Of a stretch of DNA of 64,000 nt, positions 10,288 to 20,225 are shown piece after piece. The stretch covers positions 27,902 to 91,901 of IMG/VR virus record IMGVR_UViG_3300017917_001271; one strand, 5' to 3'. The notes beneath the pieces are model-generated. The model was not told the DNA's origin, ran no database searches, and saw only the letters and a program-made list of their open reading frames with translations. This DNA is from a virus. How positions within the stretch are numbered: the stretch's first letter is position 1; every line of letters starts with the position of its first letter. The position numbers were made by a program, and so were the translations under genes.

Positions 10288-12456
10288 ATGCCATATCAAA
10301 TTAGATTTACTGAAACTAATAATCCTGCGAAGCCAAGTATTACTGTAGCAGATCAAAGTATTAATCAAGAAACAAGTTTACAATTTCCTGGAAAAAATTA
10401 TCCTGCGTATGCACCAATTATAGCGGAAAATTTCTTACATTTATTAGAAAATTTTGCTAAGAATACTGCTCCAGCAAATCCTGTACAAGGTCAACTTTGG
10501 TATGATAATAGTGCTGGCGAGAATATTTTAAAAGTTTACGACGGCACTGGATGGACACCAGCAGGAACAGTTAAAAAATCTGCTACCGAGCCAAGTGTTG
10601 TCAATAGTACAAAAGGTGACTTGTGGGTTGATACAGAGAATCAGCAGGTGTATGTATATTCAGGATCAAACTGGCTGTTAGTTGGACCTCAATTTAGTTC
10701 TGGTTTAAAAACAGGACCAGATATTGAAACAATTACAGACACTAGTAACGTTGATCATAACGTTATCACTTTATATTCTGAAAATAATAGAATAGCAATT
10801 ATCAGTAAAGCAGCATTTACTCCTAAAACAAGTATTGCAGGATTTGCCAGTATCGGCCAAGGCATAAGTTTATCAACAGTAGACTCTACTAGTACAACAT
10901 CGCCAACAAAATTTTGGGGAACAGCCAGCCAAGCAGATTCTTTAGTGGTAAACGGGAATGTCGTCGGTGCTGATAGTTTTGTTAGAAAAGATACAGAACA
11001 AACAACTAACTTTCCTCTGAACGTTGCAAACAACGGCGGTATTAGTATTGGTAGTAATAAAAGTTTTAATATTGCAACTGATGTAAATTCAGCATTGTTT
11101 ATATCAAAAACCAGCGGCAATTATATTGAATTCAAACTAAACAATAACGGAACACCAGTAACAGCAGTTCATATTGATGCAAACGGTTATGTCGGTGTAG
11201 GTCCAGATAATACTAACCCAGTTGAAGCATTAGATGTAGCTGGAAATATTATTACTGACGGTAATATTATTGTTCAAGGAACTACAGATGCAACAGTACT
11301 TGGAGTCGGTAGTATTGCAACTAACGGTGGTTTGAGTGTTCAGAAGCAAAGTCAGTTTGGAGGCGATGTTAGCATCAACGGCGGAATTCATTTTAATAAT
11401 TTAGATGGTAACGGTGACCCAATTGCTGGTGTAGTTATTCAACCTGCATCGGAGGATGCAACTGACTTATACGATCTAGGAACTAGTACAAAAAGATTTA
11501 GAAATATCTATGCTCAAAGTTTTGTAGGTAACTTCAACGGTGCATTTACTGGTACACTATCTGGTAATATCAGCGGTAGTGCTGCAAAGTTAGCTAGTCC
11601 GACAAGATTTAAGATAAAAGGCGATATAGAAACAACAACCGATGTTCTATTTGATGGCCAGTTACCACAAGGTGGCGGCACACCGTCTGGTGAACAGTGG
11701 TTCTACACTTCTGTAACACAAGATATTATTGCTTCTAAAACTTCTACATCTGAAAGTTATCTAAATGATCGCTTTTTAGTTTACAGAGAAGGCACTGGCT
11801 TAAGACAAGTATCTAAAGCAACCATAATACAAAACATCGCAACTGTGCCAGTTGGGTCAATTCTTCCTTTTGCTGGTGCAACACCTCCGGCTGGTTACTT
11901 ATTATGTGACGGGTGTGAGGTACTAATTGGAGATTTTCCAAAGTTATTTGCCATAATTGGTTATACATACAAAGTTCCAAGTTTGCTAATCGGTAAAGCT
12001 ACGTTTGCCTTGCCTGATTTAAGAGGAAGATTTCCTCTTGGTAAAGATAACATGCAAAACCTTAATCCACTTGATGGATCTCCAAGGAAAGTTCCTGCGA
12101 AAGAAGACCCAACAGTGGATATTCCAGCAGGTGGAGGCAGTGCAAATCGTGTAACAGATATTGTTGCTGATACACTAGGTGCTGGTACTAACGCAGGCGA
12201 GTACAAAACATTAAATGTAAACAACTTGCCAGACCACAAGCATAACCTAAATAGCGGATTTGCTCAGTATTATGCAGCAGGATTACCAGGCGCTGGTACT
12301 GATCCAGCAGCTGATCCTGGGTTAGGTAGTGCAAGTGGCGGCGGCTCAGGTTTAAGAAACAGCGGTAACGTCATTAGTCCAACTATTGGTCAACCGTTCA
12401 ATGCTATGAATCCATACGCAACAATCAATTATATTATTTTTACTGGTGAATTATAA
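10288..12456 (+). CDS. Tail fibre protein with phage tail-collar domain
   Basis: PVGSILPFAGATPPAGYLLCDG...FALPDLRGRFPLG (collar domain); LPDHKH and NPYATINYIIFTG (gp12-like tip). Confidence 0.85.
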   Translation: MPYQIRFTETNNPAKPSITVADQSINQETSLQFPGKNYPAYAPIIAENFLHLLENFAKNTAPANPVQGQLWYDNSAGENILKVYDGTGWTPAGTVKKSATEPSVVNSTKGDLWVDTENQQVYVYSGSNWLLVGPQFSSGLKTGPDIETITDTSNVDHNVITLYSENNRIAIISKAAFTPKTSIAGFASIGQGISLSTVDSTSTTSPTKFWGTASQADSLVVNGNVVGADSFVRKDTEQTTNFPLNVANNGGISIGSNKSFNIATDVNSALFISKTSGNYIEFKLNNNGTPVTAVHIDANGYVGVGPDNTNPVEALDVAGNIITDGNIIVQGTTDATVLGVGSIATNGGLSVQKQSQFGGDVSINGGIHFNNLDGNGDPIAGVVIQPASEDATDLYDLGTSTKRFRNIYAQSFVGNFNGAFTGTLSGNISGSAAKLASPTRFKIKGDIETTTDVLFDGQLPQGGGTPSGEQWFYTSVTQDIIASKTSTSESYLNDRFLVYREGTGLRQVSKATIIQNIATVPVGSILPFAGATPPAGYLLCDGCEVLIGDFPKLFAIIGYTYKVPSLLIGKATFALPDLRGRFPLGKDNMQNLNPLDGSPRKVPAKEDPTVDIPAGGGSANRVTDIVADTLGAGTNAGEYKTLNVNNLPDHKHNLNSGFAQYYAAGLPGAGTDPAADPGLGSASGGGSGLRNSGNVISPTIGQPFNAMNPYATINYIIFTGEL

Positions 12457-14117
12457 TGAGTTACATTATTAACAAAACAGATGGTTCTACGTTAACAGAA
12501 GTAGTTGACGGTACTATTGATCAAACTACTACAGATTTAACTCTCGTAGGAAAGAATGCCACCAGTTACGGGGAATTGTTTAACGAAAATTTTGTGAAGT
12601 TATTAGAAAATTTTGCCAGTACTTCACAGCCAAATCGCCCAATTGAAGGCCAACTTTGGTATGATACTACTGAAGGCCGCTTAAAAGTTTACGACGGTGC
12701 AGGATTTAAAGTTAGTGGCGGAACAATAGTTAGTGCAACACCTCCAAGCAGTATTGCAGCTGGTGATATTTGGATTGACACAACAACTCAACGTATGTAT
12801 TTTAACGATGGAACAGCAAATTTACTTGCTGGTCCAATCTATACAGCACAACAAGGTATATCTGGTTGGAACGTAGTTGATATTGTTGATACAAACCAAA
12901 TCAATCATACTACGTTGTTCTTATACTGCGGGCAAACATTGCTAGGGATCTTCAGTAGTTCTGTAACAGCATTTACTCCTGCAACAGAAATTCCGGGATA
13001 TGTGGGCGACATCAAAGTAGGATTTAATGCCGCTAATGTGTCTGGACTAAAATTCAACGTACCTGCTAGCCAAGCAGATGCATTAGTAGCAGAAGACGGT
13101 AGTTTTAAAGATGCTCAGAGTTTCCTCCAGGTAGATCCGGCCGACGGCTTTACTGTTTCAAACGGAACAATACGCATTCTTAATCAAACGCCGCTTGTTC
13201 TTGGAACTAATCAAAATACAGAAGTTATATTTGTTGGTAACTCGTTACAAATTAATTCGAACATTATAAATCAAAACTTTGCAATTCAAAGTTTATCTAA
13301 CGTAGGACTACTTCCTAGCATTTATGTTAATGCACAGAATCAACGTGTTGGATTATATACCGCGGCACCTACGGCAACACTCGATGTTGCCGGAGATGCA
13401 AGAATTAGAGGCAGTTTAACAGTTGAAGGTAGTACAACAACAATTAACACTACAAATATTGCAATTGAAGATCTGTTAATTGAAATTGGTAAAGTTGATA
13501 CTCCTACTGATGTTACTGCTAACGGTGGCGGCATTAGTCTTCAGGGTGAAACAAACAAGACTCTTACATGGGGGTCTTCAACTAATGCATGGAATTCTAG
13601 TGAAAACTTTAACCTAACAAACAGCAAAGTATACAAGATTGCTAATTTTGAAGTACTTTCACAAACACAATTAGGTGTTACAGTTACTAGTGCTCCAGGA
13701 CTTACAAGCATCGGCACACTTGAACAATTACTTGTTGATAATGTAAGTATCAATGGAGATACAATTAGCTTTTTAAATCCTAGCGTTCCAGACGGCGACA
13801 TTAAAATACAACCAAAAGGTGCAGGTGTTGTTAATGTTGGGTCTAAGAGAATTTCGTTTGTTGCTGATCCTGTCGATACTGCTGATGCTACAAATAAGAA
13901 TTATGTTGACGTTAGCATACGCAGAGCTAGTTTAGGGTTTAGTGTTAATATTGGTTCTTTGACAGAAGCACAATTAGCTGGACAAGTTCTTAACAAAGTC
14001 TTTCCTCCTGGAGATCACGAGGACGACACATTTTTACGTGTCTATGCCCAAGATGCGTCAAGATTCTTAGAATATAAACTTATTGGACCAGTTTGGACCT
14101 ATCAGACGGACATTTAA
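12456..14117 (+). CDS. Tail fibre/baseplate-associated protein (paralogous N-terminus)
   Basis: Shares the N-terminal module GKNxxxYGExxNENFxxLLENFA...PxxGQLWYD with both neighbours. Also has the fibre motif DPVDTADATNKNYVD. Confidence 0.7.
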   Translation: MSYIINKTDGSTLTEVVDGTIDQTTTDLTLVGKNATSYGELFNENFVKLLENFASTSQPNRPIEGQLWYDTTEGRLKVYDGAGFKVSGGTIVSATPPSSIAAGDIWIDTTTQRMYFNDGTANLLAGPIYTAQQGISGWNVVDIVDTNQINHTTLFLYCGQTLLGIFSSSVTAFTPATEIPGYVGDIKVGFNAANVSGLKFNVPASQADALVAEDGSFKDAQSFLQVDPADGFTVSNGTIRILNQTPLVLGTNQNTEVIFVGNSLQINSNIINQNFAIQSLSNVGLLPSIYVNAQNQRVGLYTAAPTATLDVAGDARIRGSLTVEGSTTTINTTNIAIEDLLIEIGKVDTPTDVTANGGGISLQGETNKTLTWGSSTNAWNSSENFNLTNSKVYKIANFEVLSQTQLGVTVTSAPGLTSIGTLEQLLVDNVSINGDTISFLNPSVPDGDIKIQPKGAGVVNVGSKRISFVADPVDTADATNKNYVDVSIRRASLGFSVNIGSLTEAQLAGQVLNKVFPPGDHEDDTFLRVYAQDASRFLEYKLIGPVWTYQTDI

Positions 14118-14133
14118 TATCAGCCCAAACTAG

Positions 14134-14141
14134 CATAAATA
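14134..14141 (+). promoter_or_regulatory. Putative late promoter (CATAAATA)
   Basis: Intergenic TAAATA followed by AAGGA Shine-Dalgarno sequences and ATG 14165. Confidence 0.6.
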
Positions 14142-14164
14142 TAAGGAATAAGGAATAACGGAAA

Positions 14165-15682
14165 ATGCCATATACCATTAACAAATATAACGGACAAGTC
14201 GTAGCCACAGTCGCAGATGGTACCATTGATAGCACTACTGATCTTAAATTGATTGGTAAGAATTATGCTGGTTACGGTGAAGTTCAGAACGAGAATTTTC
14301 TATTTTTATTAGAAAATTTTGCAAATACAACTCAACCACCAAAGCCCTTGCCTGGGCAGTTATGGTATGACAGCGGAAATAGTAAATTAAAATTCTACGA
14401 TGGCGCAAAATTTCGTACAACAGGCGGCGCAGAACTAGGTTCTAGCGCACCAACTGGACTTACTGTCGGCGATTTCTGGTGGGATACCGCCAATAAACAG
14501 CTTTATACATGGGACGGCTCTAGTTATATTTTAGTTGGGCCACAGGGTGTCGCTGGCTCACAAACTACACAGATGCGTAGTCGTAGCGTTCGTGATACAT
14601 TAAATGCTACTCATGCTATTATTGAAGCTATTGTTGATGGTGAAACTATATTTGTTGTAAGCCCAGATTCTACATTTACGCTAGATCCAACTACAAGTTC
14701 AATTAACGGCTTTACAAAAATACAACAAGGTATTACACTAGCCTATACTAATAGTGATTCATTCCCAGGGCAGACAGTCAATGCTAACCATAGATTTTGG
14801 GGAACAGCGACAAACTCAGACAGACTTGGCGGTGTCTTGGCTGAAAACTTTGTACAAAAAGGCAGTGCTACATTCAGCAGTTTAGTAAATTTTAGCGATG
14901 CAGGCTTTACTGTTGGTGATACTCCACGATTACGTGTGTTTAATAACACAACTGGTGTAACAACATTCCCAGTATTCCAAAATCAACTTAATGATACGAT
15001 TAAATTCCAAACAACAGTTGGTTCTGCAACAAAGACTCCACTACAACTAGTTGGTGCAGATGTCCTACCAGGTTCAGACAACCAATCAGATTTAGGTTCA
15101 GGCGCCTTACGATTTAAAACAGTTAATGCTGTTACATTTAACGGTACTGCTACTAAAGCAGATTCTTTATACTTAGGTGCAGACGATTACAGAACTGCCA
15201 GTGTTAGCGCAAGTTCTGGATCTATTGCAGTAAGAACCAATAGTACAGAAGTTATTGGCGGTGTTAATATTACCGCAGGTGCTCTTAAGGCAACTTATTT
15301 TGTTGGTACAGCAACATCCGCTAACTATGCAGACTTGGCAGAAAAGTATCTAGCAGATGCAGAATACGATGTAGGTACAGTTGTTGCTGTTGGCGGCGAA
15401 AAAGAAGTGACTGCATCTAAGTGGGGTGACCGCGCAATTGGTGCAGTTTCTGCTAATCCAGCTTACATGATGAACAGTGAGTTAGAAGGCGGAACATATA
15501 TTGCTCTAAAAGGCCGTGTTCCTGTTAAAGTAACTGGCGCAGTCCGTAAAGGGCAACGTATGGTTGCAGGTAATGATGGAACAGCCGTTGCCGCAGTACC
15601 CCACGCAAATGATGTATTTGCAATCGCATTAGAAACTAATGAAGAAACCGGCGTCAAACTTGTTGAATGCTTAATACTGTAA
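14165..15682 (+). CDS. Tail fibre protein with C-terminal autocleaving chaperone-like domain
   Basis: Has the same N-terminal module. The C-terminal ANYADLAEKYLADAEYDVGTVV...IALKGRVPVKVTG resembles intramolecular chaperone/autoproteolytic domains of fibres. Confidence 0.7.
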   Translation: MPYTINKYNGQVVATVADGTIDSTTDLKLIGKNYAGYGEVQNENFLFLLENFANTTQPPKPLPGQLWYDSGNSKLKFYDGAKFRTTGGAELGSSAPTGLTVGDFWWDTANKQLYTWDGSSYILVGPQGVAGSQTTQMRSRSVRDTLNATHAIIEAIVDGETIFVVSPDSTFTLDPTTSSINGFTKIQQGITLAYTNSDSFPGQTVNANHRFWGTATNSDRLGGVLAENFVQKGSATFSSLVNFSDAGFTVGDTPRLRVFNNTTGVTTFPVFQNQLNDTIKFQTTVGSATKTPLQLVGADVLPGSDNQSDLGSGALRFKTVNAVTFNGTATKADSLYLGADDYRTASVSASSGSIAVRTNSTEVIGGVNITAGALKATYFVGTATSANYADLAEKYLADAEYDVGTVVAVGGEKEVTASKWGDRAIGAVSANPAYMMNSELEGGTYIALKGRVPVKVTGAVRKGQRMVAGNDGTAVAAVPHANDVFAIALETNEETGVKLVECLIL

Positions 15683-15683
15683 T

Positions 15684-15691
15684 TATAAATA
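15684..15691 (+). promoter_or_regulatory. Late promoter, exact T4 consensus TATAAATA
   Basis: TATAAATA lies 24 nt upstream of ATG 15716, with an AAGGA SD in between. Confidence 0.7.
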
Positions 15692-15715
15692 CCTAGGACT
15701 TTTGAAGGATAAAAT

Positions 15716-16666
15716 ATGGCTGGCCAAAATACACTGATTCTTGCTACTGATTATAACGTGATCCAATCAAAAATTGCTTTGGTTATGGGCACAGGATCGG
15801 GTACAACTGGATACGGTCAAACACTTGCAAGTAGTCAAGTTGCTGCAAACACTAACAAAGTGTCTGTACTACAATGGAATAATCTAAGATCAGATATTGT
15901 AAGAGCTAGACAGCACCAAACAGGAAATACTATTGGTTCTAAAGCACCCGGTGATAGCGGTTACACAGCAGGCGCAGATTTACCTATTCCTACGGCCGCA
16001 TCACAAGTTAAGGAAAGTTGGCGTGCTGCGTATCTGTCAATGGCTACAGATGCAGAAACTAATGCGCTAACAGCCCCTCCGCCAGTAGGCGAATCTTCAA
16101 GAGTGAACTTAATTCCAAATACTAGCCGATCGGCAGTATGGAATACATCGGTTCAACAGACTATAACTGTTACTTGGCCTACAGCCAATGATGCAAGATA
16201 TTATTGGAACTCAGGTGGTCAGATTGAAATAAGTTCTGATTTTATCCCACGAGTTGCTGGATTAAAAAATACAACATGGGTAACAATGTTACAGTCCATG
16301 GGTGTTATTAAGATTGGAATCACAGCTACAACTACTACAGGATCAGGAACAGCGATTGCTCTAGGTTTTAACAATATGGGTGCAATCGACAACTTATTAT
16401 TTCAAAAAGATGCACCAGCTGGTGCGTATGCAAATAACAAGTTTTATATTCTTGGTAGAGTTGACAGCACTTCAGATAGAAAACAGCTTATTCTTACTGT
16501 AGTATGGGACGATGCTTCCATTCCTCCAGTAAGTACTCCAGATCCAGGATTCCAGGTTGACGAACAAGTTGACGGTGTTTTAACAAGTTACGTCCAATCT
16601 AATCGTGCAACAGGTTCAAACGTATCTGTTCCGTTGCCTAGTGCAACAACATCAATTATTTCCTAA
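15716..16666 (+). CDS. Virion structural protein (tail region)
   Basis: T/S/G-rich, sits behind a late promoter in the tail cluster. Confidence 0.5.
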   Translation: MAGQNTLILATDYNVIQSKIALVMGTGSGTTGYGQTLASSQVAANTNKVSVLQWNNLRSDIVRARQHQTGNTIGSKAPGDSGYTAGADLPIPTAASQVKESWRAAYLSMATDAETNALTAPPPVGESSRVNLIPNTSRSAVWNTSVQQTITVTWPTANDARYYWNSGGQIEISSDFIPRVAGLKNTTWVTMLQSMGVIKIGITATTTTGSGTAIALGFNNMGAIDNLLFQKDAPAGAYANNKFYILGRVDSTSDRKQLILTVVWDDASIPPVSTPDPGFQVDEQVDGVLTSYVQSNRATGSNVSVPLPSATTSIIS

Positions 16667-16684
16667 AGAAATATTCCTTTTGTA

Positions 16685-16723
16685 TTGACAAGATAATTAA
16701 AGTAGTGTAATATGTTACACTAC
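16685..16723 (+). promoter_or_regulatory. TTGACA, GATAATTA late-promoter variant and perfect 9-bp hairpin abutting the SD
   Basis: TTGACA at 16685-16690 and GATAATTA at 16692-16699. GTAGTGTAA-TATG-TTACACTAC at 16702-16723 is directly followed by GGAG. Confidence 0.5.
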
Positions 16724-16734
16724 GGAGTTATCTT

Positions 16735-17085
16735 ATGGACGAACGTTTAGAAAAAGCATTTGCTATTGCAAATTATATGTCTACCCTATCTAATCAAAGA
16801 CGGATAGCGTTAGAAGAATTCAATCAAAGTGTAGTTTACTATGTTAACGGTGGAACATTTCAAATTAACCGTGAACTAATTACATTTACCAAAACAATGT
16901 TAGATTTGGATTACACACATGATGTACCATTTGAAGATGCAAATGGGTTTCCTGTAGTAGTACCAGATGTACAAAAATTCTTTGACGAAATTTTACTACA
17001 GTATATTACTGCATTAAACGAGTATTCTACGAAATTTGCTGATTTAAAATCAAAGCGTAAAGTTGCCGACTTAGTTAATCTATGA
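16735..17085 (+). CDS. Hypothetical protein, possible tail-fibre assembly chaperone
   Basis: GGAG SD, 116 aa, follows the fibre genes. The function is inferred from position only. Confidence 0.4.
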   Translation: MDERLEKAFAIANYMSTLSNQRRIALEEFNQSVVYYVNGGTFQINRELITFTKTMLDLDYTHDVPFEDANGFPVVVPDVQKFFDEILLQYITALNEYSTKFADLKSKRKVADLVNL

Positions 17086-17930
17086 CAGTAGGTGCTTTAA
17101 TATTTGCTCACAACAACACTGGCATAGACTATACTAGGTTGGCAGTTTTTTGTGCCAAAAGAGTTAGGAAATACTTAGATATACCAGTCAGTATAGTTAC
17201 CGATAACGGTAATTGGCTCAGAAACAATTATCCAGATCATCCGTTTGATAAGGTTGTAGAAATACCCCCTGAATATCAACATCATAGTAAGTTATTTTAT
17301 GATGGAACTTTAAGCAATAAAAAACTTGAGTGGAAAAACGGAACAAGATTTAAGGCCTATGATCTAACTCCTTACGACACAACTTTGGTTTTAGACAGTG
17401 ATATGATCATTTGCTCTAATAAACTTAAAGATGCCTTGTCCAGAGATGTTCCTTTTCAACTCTTTAGACAAGGGTTTGATATTACAGGCTGGCGTGATCA
17501 AACGCCTTACCACCGAATTAACCCGTACTCTATTCCTTTTTATTGGGCAACAGTTTGTGTTTTTAAAAAGGACCCAGTAGTAGAAGCATTCTTTAATTTA
17601 GTTTCCTATATAAAACAAAATTGGTTTTATTTTAGAGTGTTATATAGTATTGATATGGAAAACTTTAGGAACGATTTTGCCTTTAGTATTGCTATACATA
17701 TAATGAACGGAAAAATGCAAGGTGACTTTGCCACCGAGTTGCCAGGCAAACTTAATTTTATAGAAGATAAAGATGTATTACTTTCTGCCAATGGTCCTAC
17801 TTTAAAATTTCTTCTGCAAAAGAAAGATCGGTTAGGCGAGTATATAGTAGCCAAAACAGAAGGTCTTGATGTGCATGTAATGAACAAAATTAGCCTTGAA
17901 AGAGAGATAATGGGAGAGGCACGTGAGTAA
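17082..17930 (+). CDS. GT-A fold nucleotide-sugar transferase
   Basis: YDLTPYDTTLVLDSDM (DxD motif after a beta strand) and FRNDFAFSIA. Paralogous to the next gene. Confidence 0.7.
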   Translation: MTVGALIFAHNNTGIDYTRLAVFCAKRVRKYLDIPVSIVTDNGNWLRNNYPDHPFDKVVEIPPEYQHHSKLFYDGTLSNKKLEWKNGTRFKAYDLTPYDTTLVLDSDMIICSNKLKDALSRDVPFQLFRQGFDITGWRDQTPYHRINPYSIPFYWATVCVFKKDPVVEAFFNLVSYIKQNWFYFRVLYSIDMENFRNDFAFSIAIHIMNGKMQGDFATELPGKLNFIEDKDVLLSANGPTLKFLLQKKDRLGEYIVAKTEGLDVHVMNKISLEREIMGEARE

Positions 17931-18768
17931 AGGTTTTTTAGTTTTCGCCCAGAATACAGCAGAATGTAATTACGTAGAACAGGCTTATGCTCTAGCATTA
18001 AGTATCAAAGCAACACAACAATCTGTAAAAAGTATCAGTTTAGTAACTAATGATAAGCTAACTGTAGAACAGAAAAAAGTTTTTGATAAAGTTATACCCA
18101 TACCTTGGGAAAATAAAGAAGTTGTAGAAACAAAATATAGAGCAGAGCATAGGTGGAAATTGTATCATATTACTCCTTACGATGAAACTATAGTTTTAGA
18201 TGCCGACATGATATTTTTAGAAGATATAGAATCATGGTGGAACTACTGTAGTAAATTTGATATTAAGTTTTGCTCTAAAGTATTAAATTATAAATTAGAA
18301 TCTGTAGTACACGATGATGTTTATAGGCGAGCGTTTACAGATAATCAGCTGACAAATCCGTATGTTGCATGTCATTATTTTAAATTTTCTGATAATGCCC
18401 TAGCATTTTACAGAGCGTTAGAATTTGTCTGTAACAACTGGGAATGGGCGTATACTGAATTTGCTCCTAAAAGTTACCAGAACTGGCTTAGTTTAGATCT
18501 GGCCGCCGCGATTGCAATTGAAATAACTGGGCTATATGAAAGTGTTAACGATATTACTAGCCCATTAGAGTTTGTGCATATGAAACCAGGATTACAAGGT
18601 TGGCCAATTATTCCAGAAAGCTGGCAAGATGCTGTTCCTTATGTACTAAATTCTAAAAATCAATTAGTTGTTGGTAATATAAAACAGCCAAAATTATTTC
18701 ATTATGTTGAAAAGAGTTTTTTGTCTAAAAAGATTTTAGAAAAATTAAAGGGGTTTGCTCGTGGCTAA
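17923..18768 (+). CDS. GT-A fold nucleotide-sugar transferase
   Basis: YHITPYDETIVLDADM (DxD), FVHMKP, LFHYVEK. Confidence 0.7.
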   Translation: MSKGFLVFAQNTAECNYVEQAYALALSIKATQQSVKSISLVTNDKLTVEQKKVFDKVIPIPWENKEVVETKYRAEHRWKLYHITPYDETIVLDADMIFLEDIESWWNYCSKFDIKFCSKVLNYKLESVVHDDVYRRAFTDNQLTNPYVACHYFKFSDNALAFYRALEFVCNNWEWAYTEFAPKSYQNWLSLDLAAAIAIEITGLYESVNDITSPLEFVHMKPGLQGWPIIPESWQDAVPYVLNSKNQLVVGNIKQPKLFHYVEKSFLSKKILEKLKGFARG

Positions 18769-19333
18769 GTTATCTCATTTTGTTTATTTTGATAAAAAGA
18801 CCGGACAAATTCTTGCAGTTACTAATGAAGAGGATTCAACATTCGAAGACGGCTTAAACGTTTCTTTTGAAGAAGTTGAAGACTTTTTAACCGGAAAATG
18901 GAAGTTTAAAGATTATTTGATTGGTTATAAAAAGAATCAATCTGGTAATACACAATTGGCAATAGTACCGGCAAGCGATCAGGGATTTGCTTTTAAAAAT
19001 AATGTGTTTGAGTGGATAACAGAAAGTAATGAAGATTCGGAATGTATTGTAACATGGAATGGTAAAGGCAAACGTTGGGAATTTAAACTGAACCCTAAGT
19101 ATAAAGGTTACTATGATGTAATTGCTGCACCTAAGTTAACCTTTTTTGTAACACTAGAAAATGATTTTGATTTTTTAGTTAGAACAATTTTTATCAATAT
19201 GCAAGATTTAATTCTTGCGGCAGATTATTATACGGTTCCTTTTCAAAACAAAGTAGAATCTAGAATAGACAAGATTTCTATAAGTTCTAAATTAGTATTT
19301 AAAAGTTACAGTTTGAGGATTATAAATGGCTAA
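18761..19333 (+). CDS. Hypothetical protein in glycosyltransferase module
   Basis: The ORF overlaps both neighbours. GTG 18761 is the likely start. Confidence 0.55.
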   Translation: MAKLSHFVYFDKKTGQILAVTNEEDSTFEDGLNVSFEEVEDFLTGKWKFKDYLIGYKKNQSGNTQLAIVPASDQGFAFKNNVFEWITESNEDSECIVTWNGKGKRWEFKLNPKYKGYYDVIAAPKLTFFVTLENDFDFLVRTIFINMQDLILAADYYTVPFQNKVESRIDKISISSKLVFKSYSLRIING

Positions 19334-20225
19334 GATTAAAGTTATTGAACAAGATATTATATTTTTAAGTTATGACGAACCCAATGCAGAAAAAAATTAT
19401 GCTGACTTGTGTAGTAAGGTACCTTGGGCTAAACGTGTACACGGAGTTAAAGGCAGTGACGCCGCACACAAAGCCTGTGCCGCACTAAGCGATACAGAGT
19501 ATTTTATCACAGTAGATGCTGATAATATTGTTGACCCTGCATTTCTTGAAGTTGAAGTAGATACAGATGCTTTGGGGTTAACACCAGATCATGTGTTTAG
19601 TTGGTGTGGTAGAGTTTATGTTAACGGTCTAATGTACGGCAACGGCGGCCTAAAAATGTGGACACGTAAGTTTGTAAACAATATGCGTACACATGAAAAC
19701 AGCGATCCTGATGATACTAAGGGGTTAGTTGAGTTTTGTTTTGATGACAAGTATTATCAATTCAATGAAAATTATTCAGTCAGCTATACTAATGCCACAC
19801 CATTTCAAGCCTGGAGAGCAGGATTCCGTGAAGGCGTAAAGATGAGCTTAGATCAAGGTGCCCGTGTAAAAGACATTAAACGAATTTGGTGGCAGAATTA
19901 TCATCGTCTTTTAATTTGGTGTAGCGTTGGCGCAGATGTAGAAAATGGAATGTATAGCATACTAGGCGCAAGAGAAGGAGCCGCACTAACTAATTGTACA
20001 GATTGGGATTATAGTAATGTTAGAGATTTTGAGTGGCTCACAAATTACTGGAATGAGCACTATGAAAATGCGTCTGCGGAAACAAAAACTGAACAAATTA
20101 ATTTTTATGGTAGAGAGTTGAAAGAAAAATGCGGATTAGAAATAGCCAACATGGATCCTACAACAAGTATGATGTTTAAGATTGTTTACAACAATACACC
20201 TAGGATACTAAGAAAAAATGTTTGA
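19326..20225 (+). CDS. GT-A-like glycosyltransferase
   Basis: DIIFLSYDEPNAE, HGVKGSDAAH, FITVDADN (DxD), NGLMYGNGGLK, PFQAWRAGFRE. Confidence 0.6.
   Translation: MAKIKVIEQDIIFLSYDEPNAEKNYADLCSKVPWAKRVHGVKGSDAAHKACAALSDTEYFITVDADNIVDPAFLEVEVDTDALGLTPDHVFSWCGRVYVNGLMYGNGGLKMWTRKFVNNMRTHENSDPDDTKGLVEFCFDDKYYQFNENYSVSYTNATPFQAWRAGFREGVKMSLDQGARVKDIKRIWWQNYHRLLIWCSVGADVENGMYSILGAREGAALTNCTDWDYSNVRDFEWLTNYWNEHYENASAETKTEQINFYGRELKEKCGLEIANMDPTTSMMFKIVYNNTPRILRKNV

Noticed and set aside
10288-15682. Diversity-generating retroelement acting on fibre tips
   Set aside because: There is no reverse transcriptase and I saw no near-identical TR/VR pair. Fibre similarity is N-terminal and at protein level.
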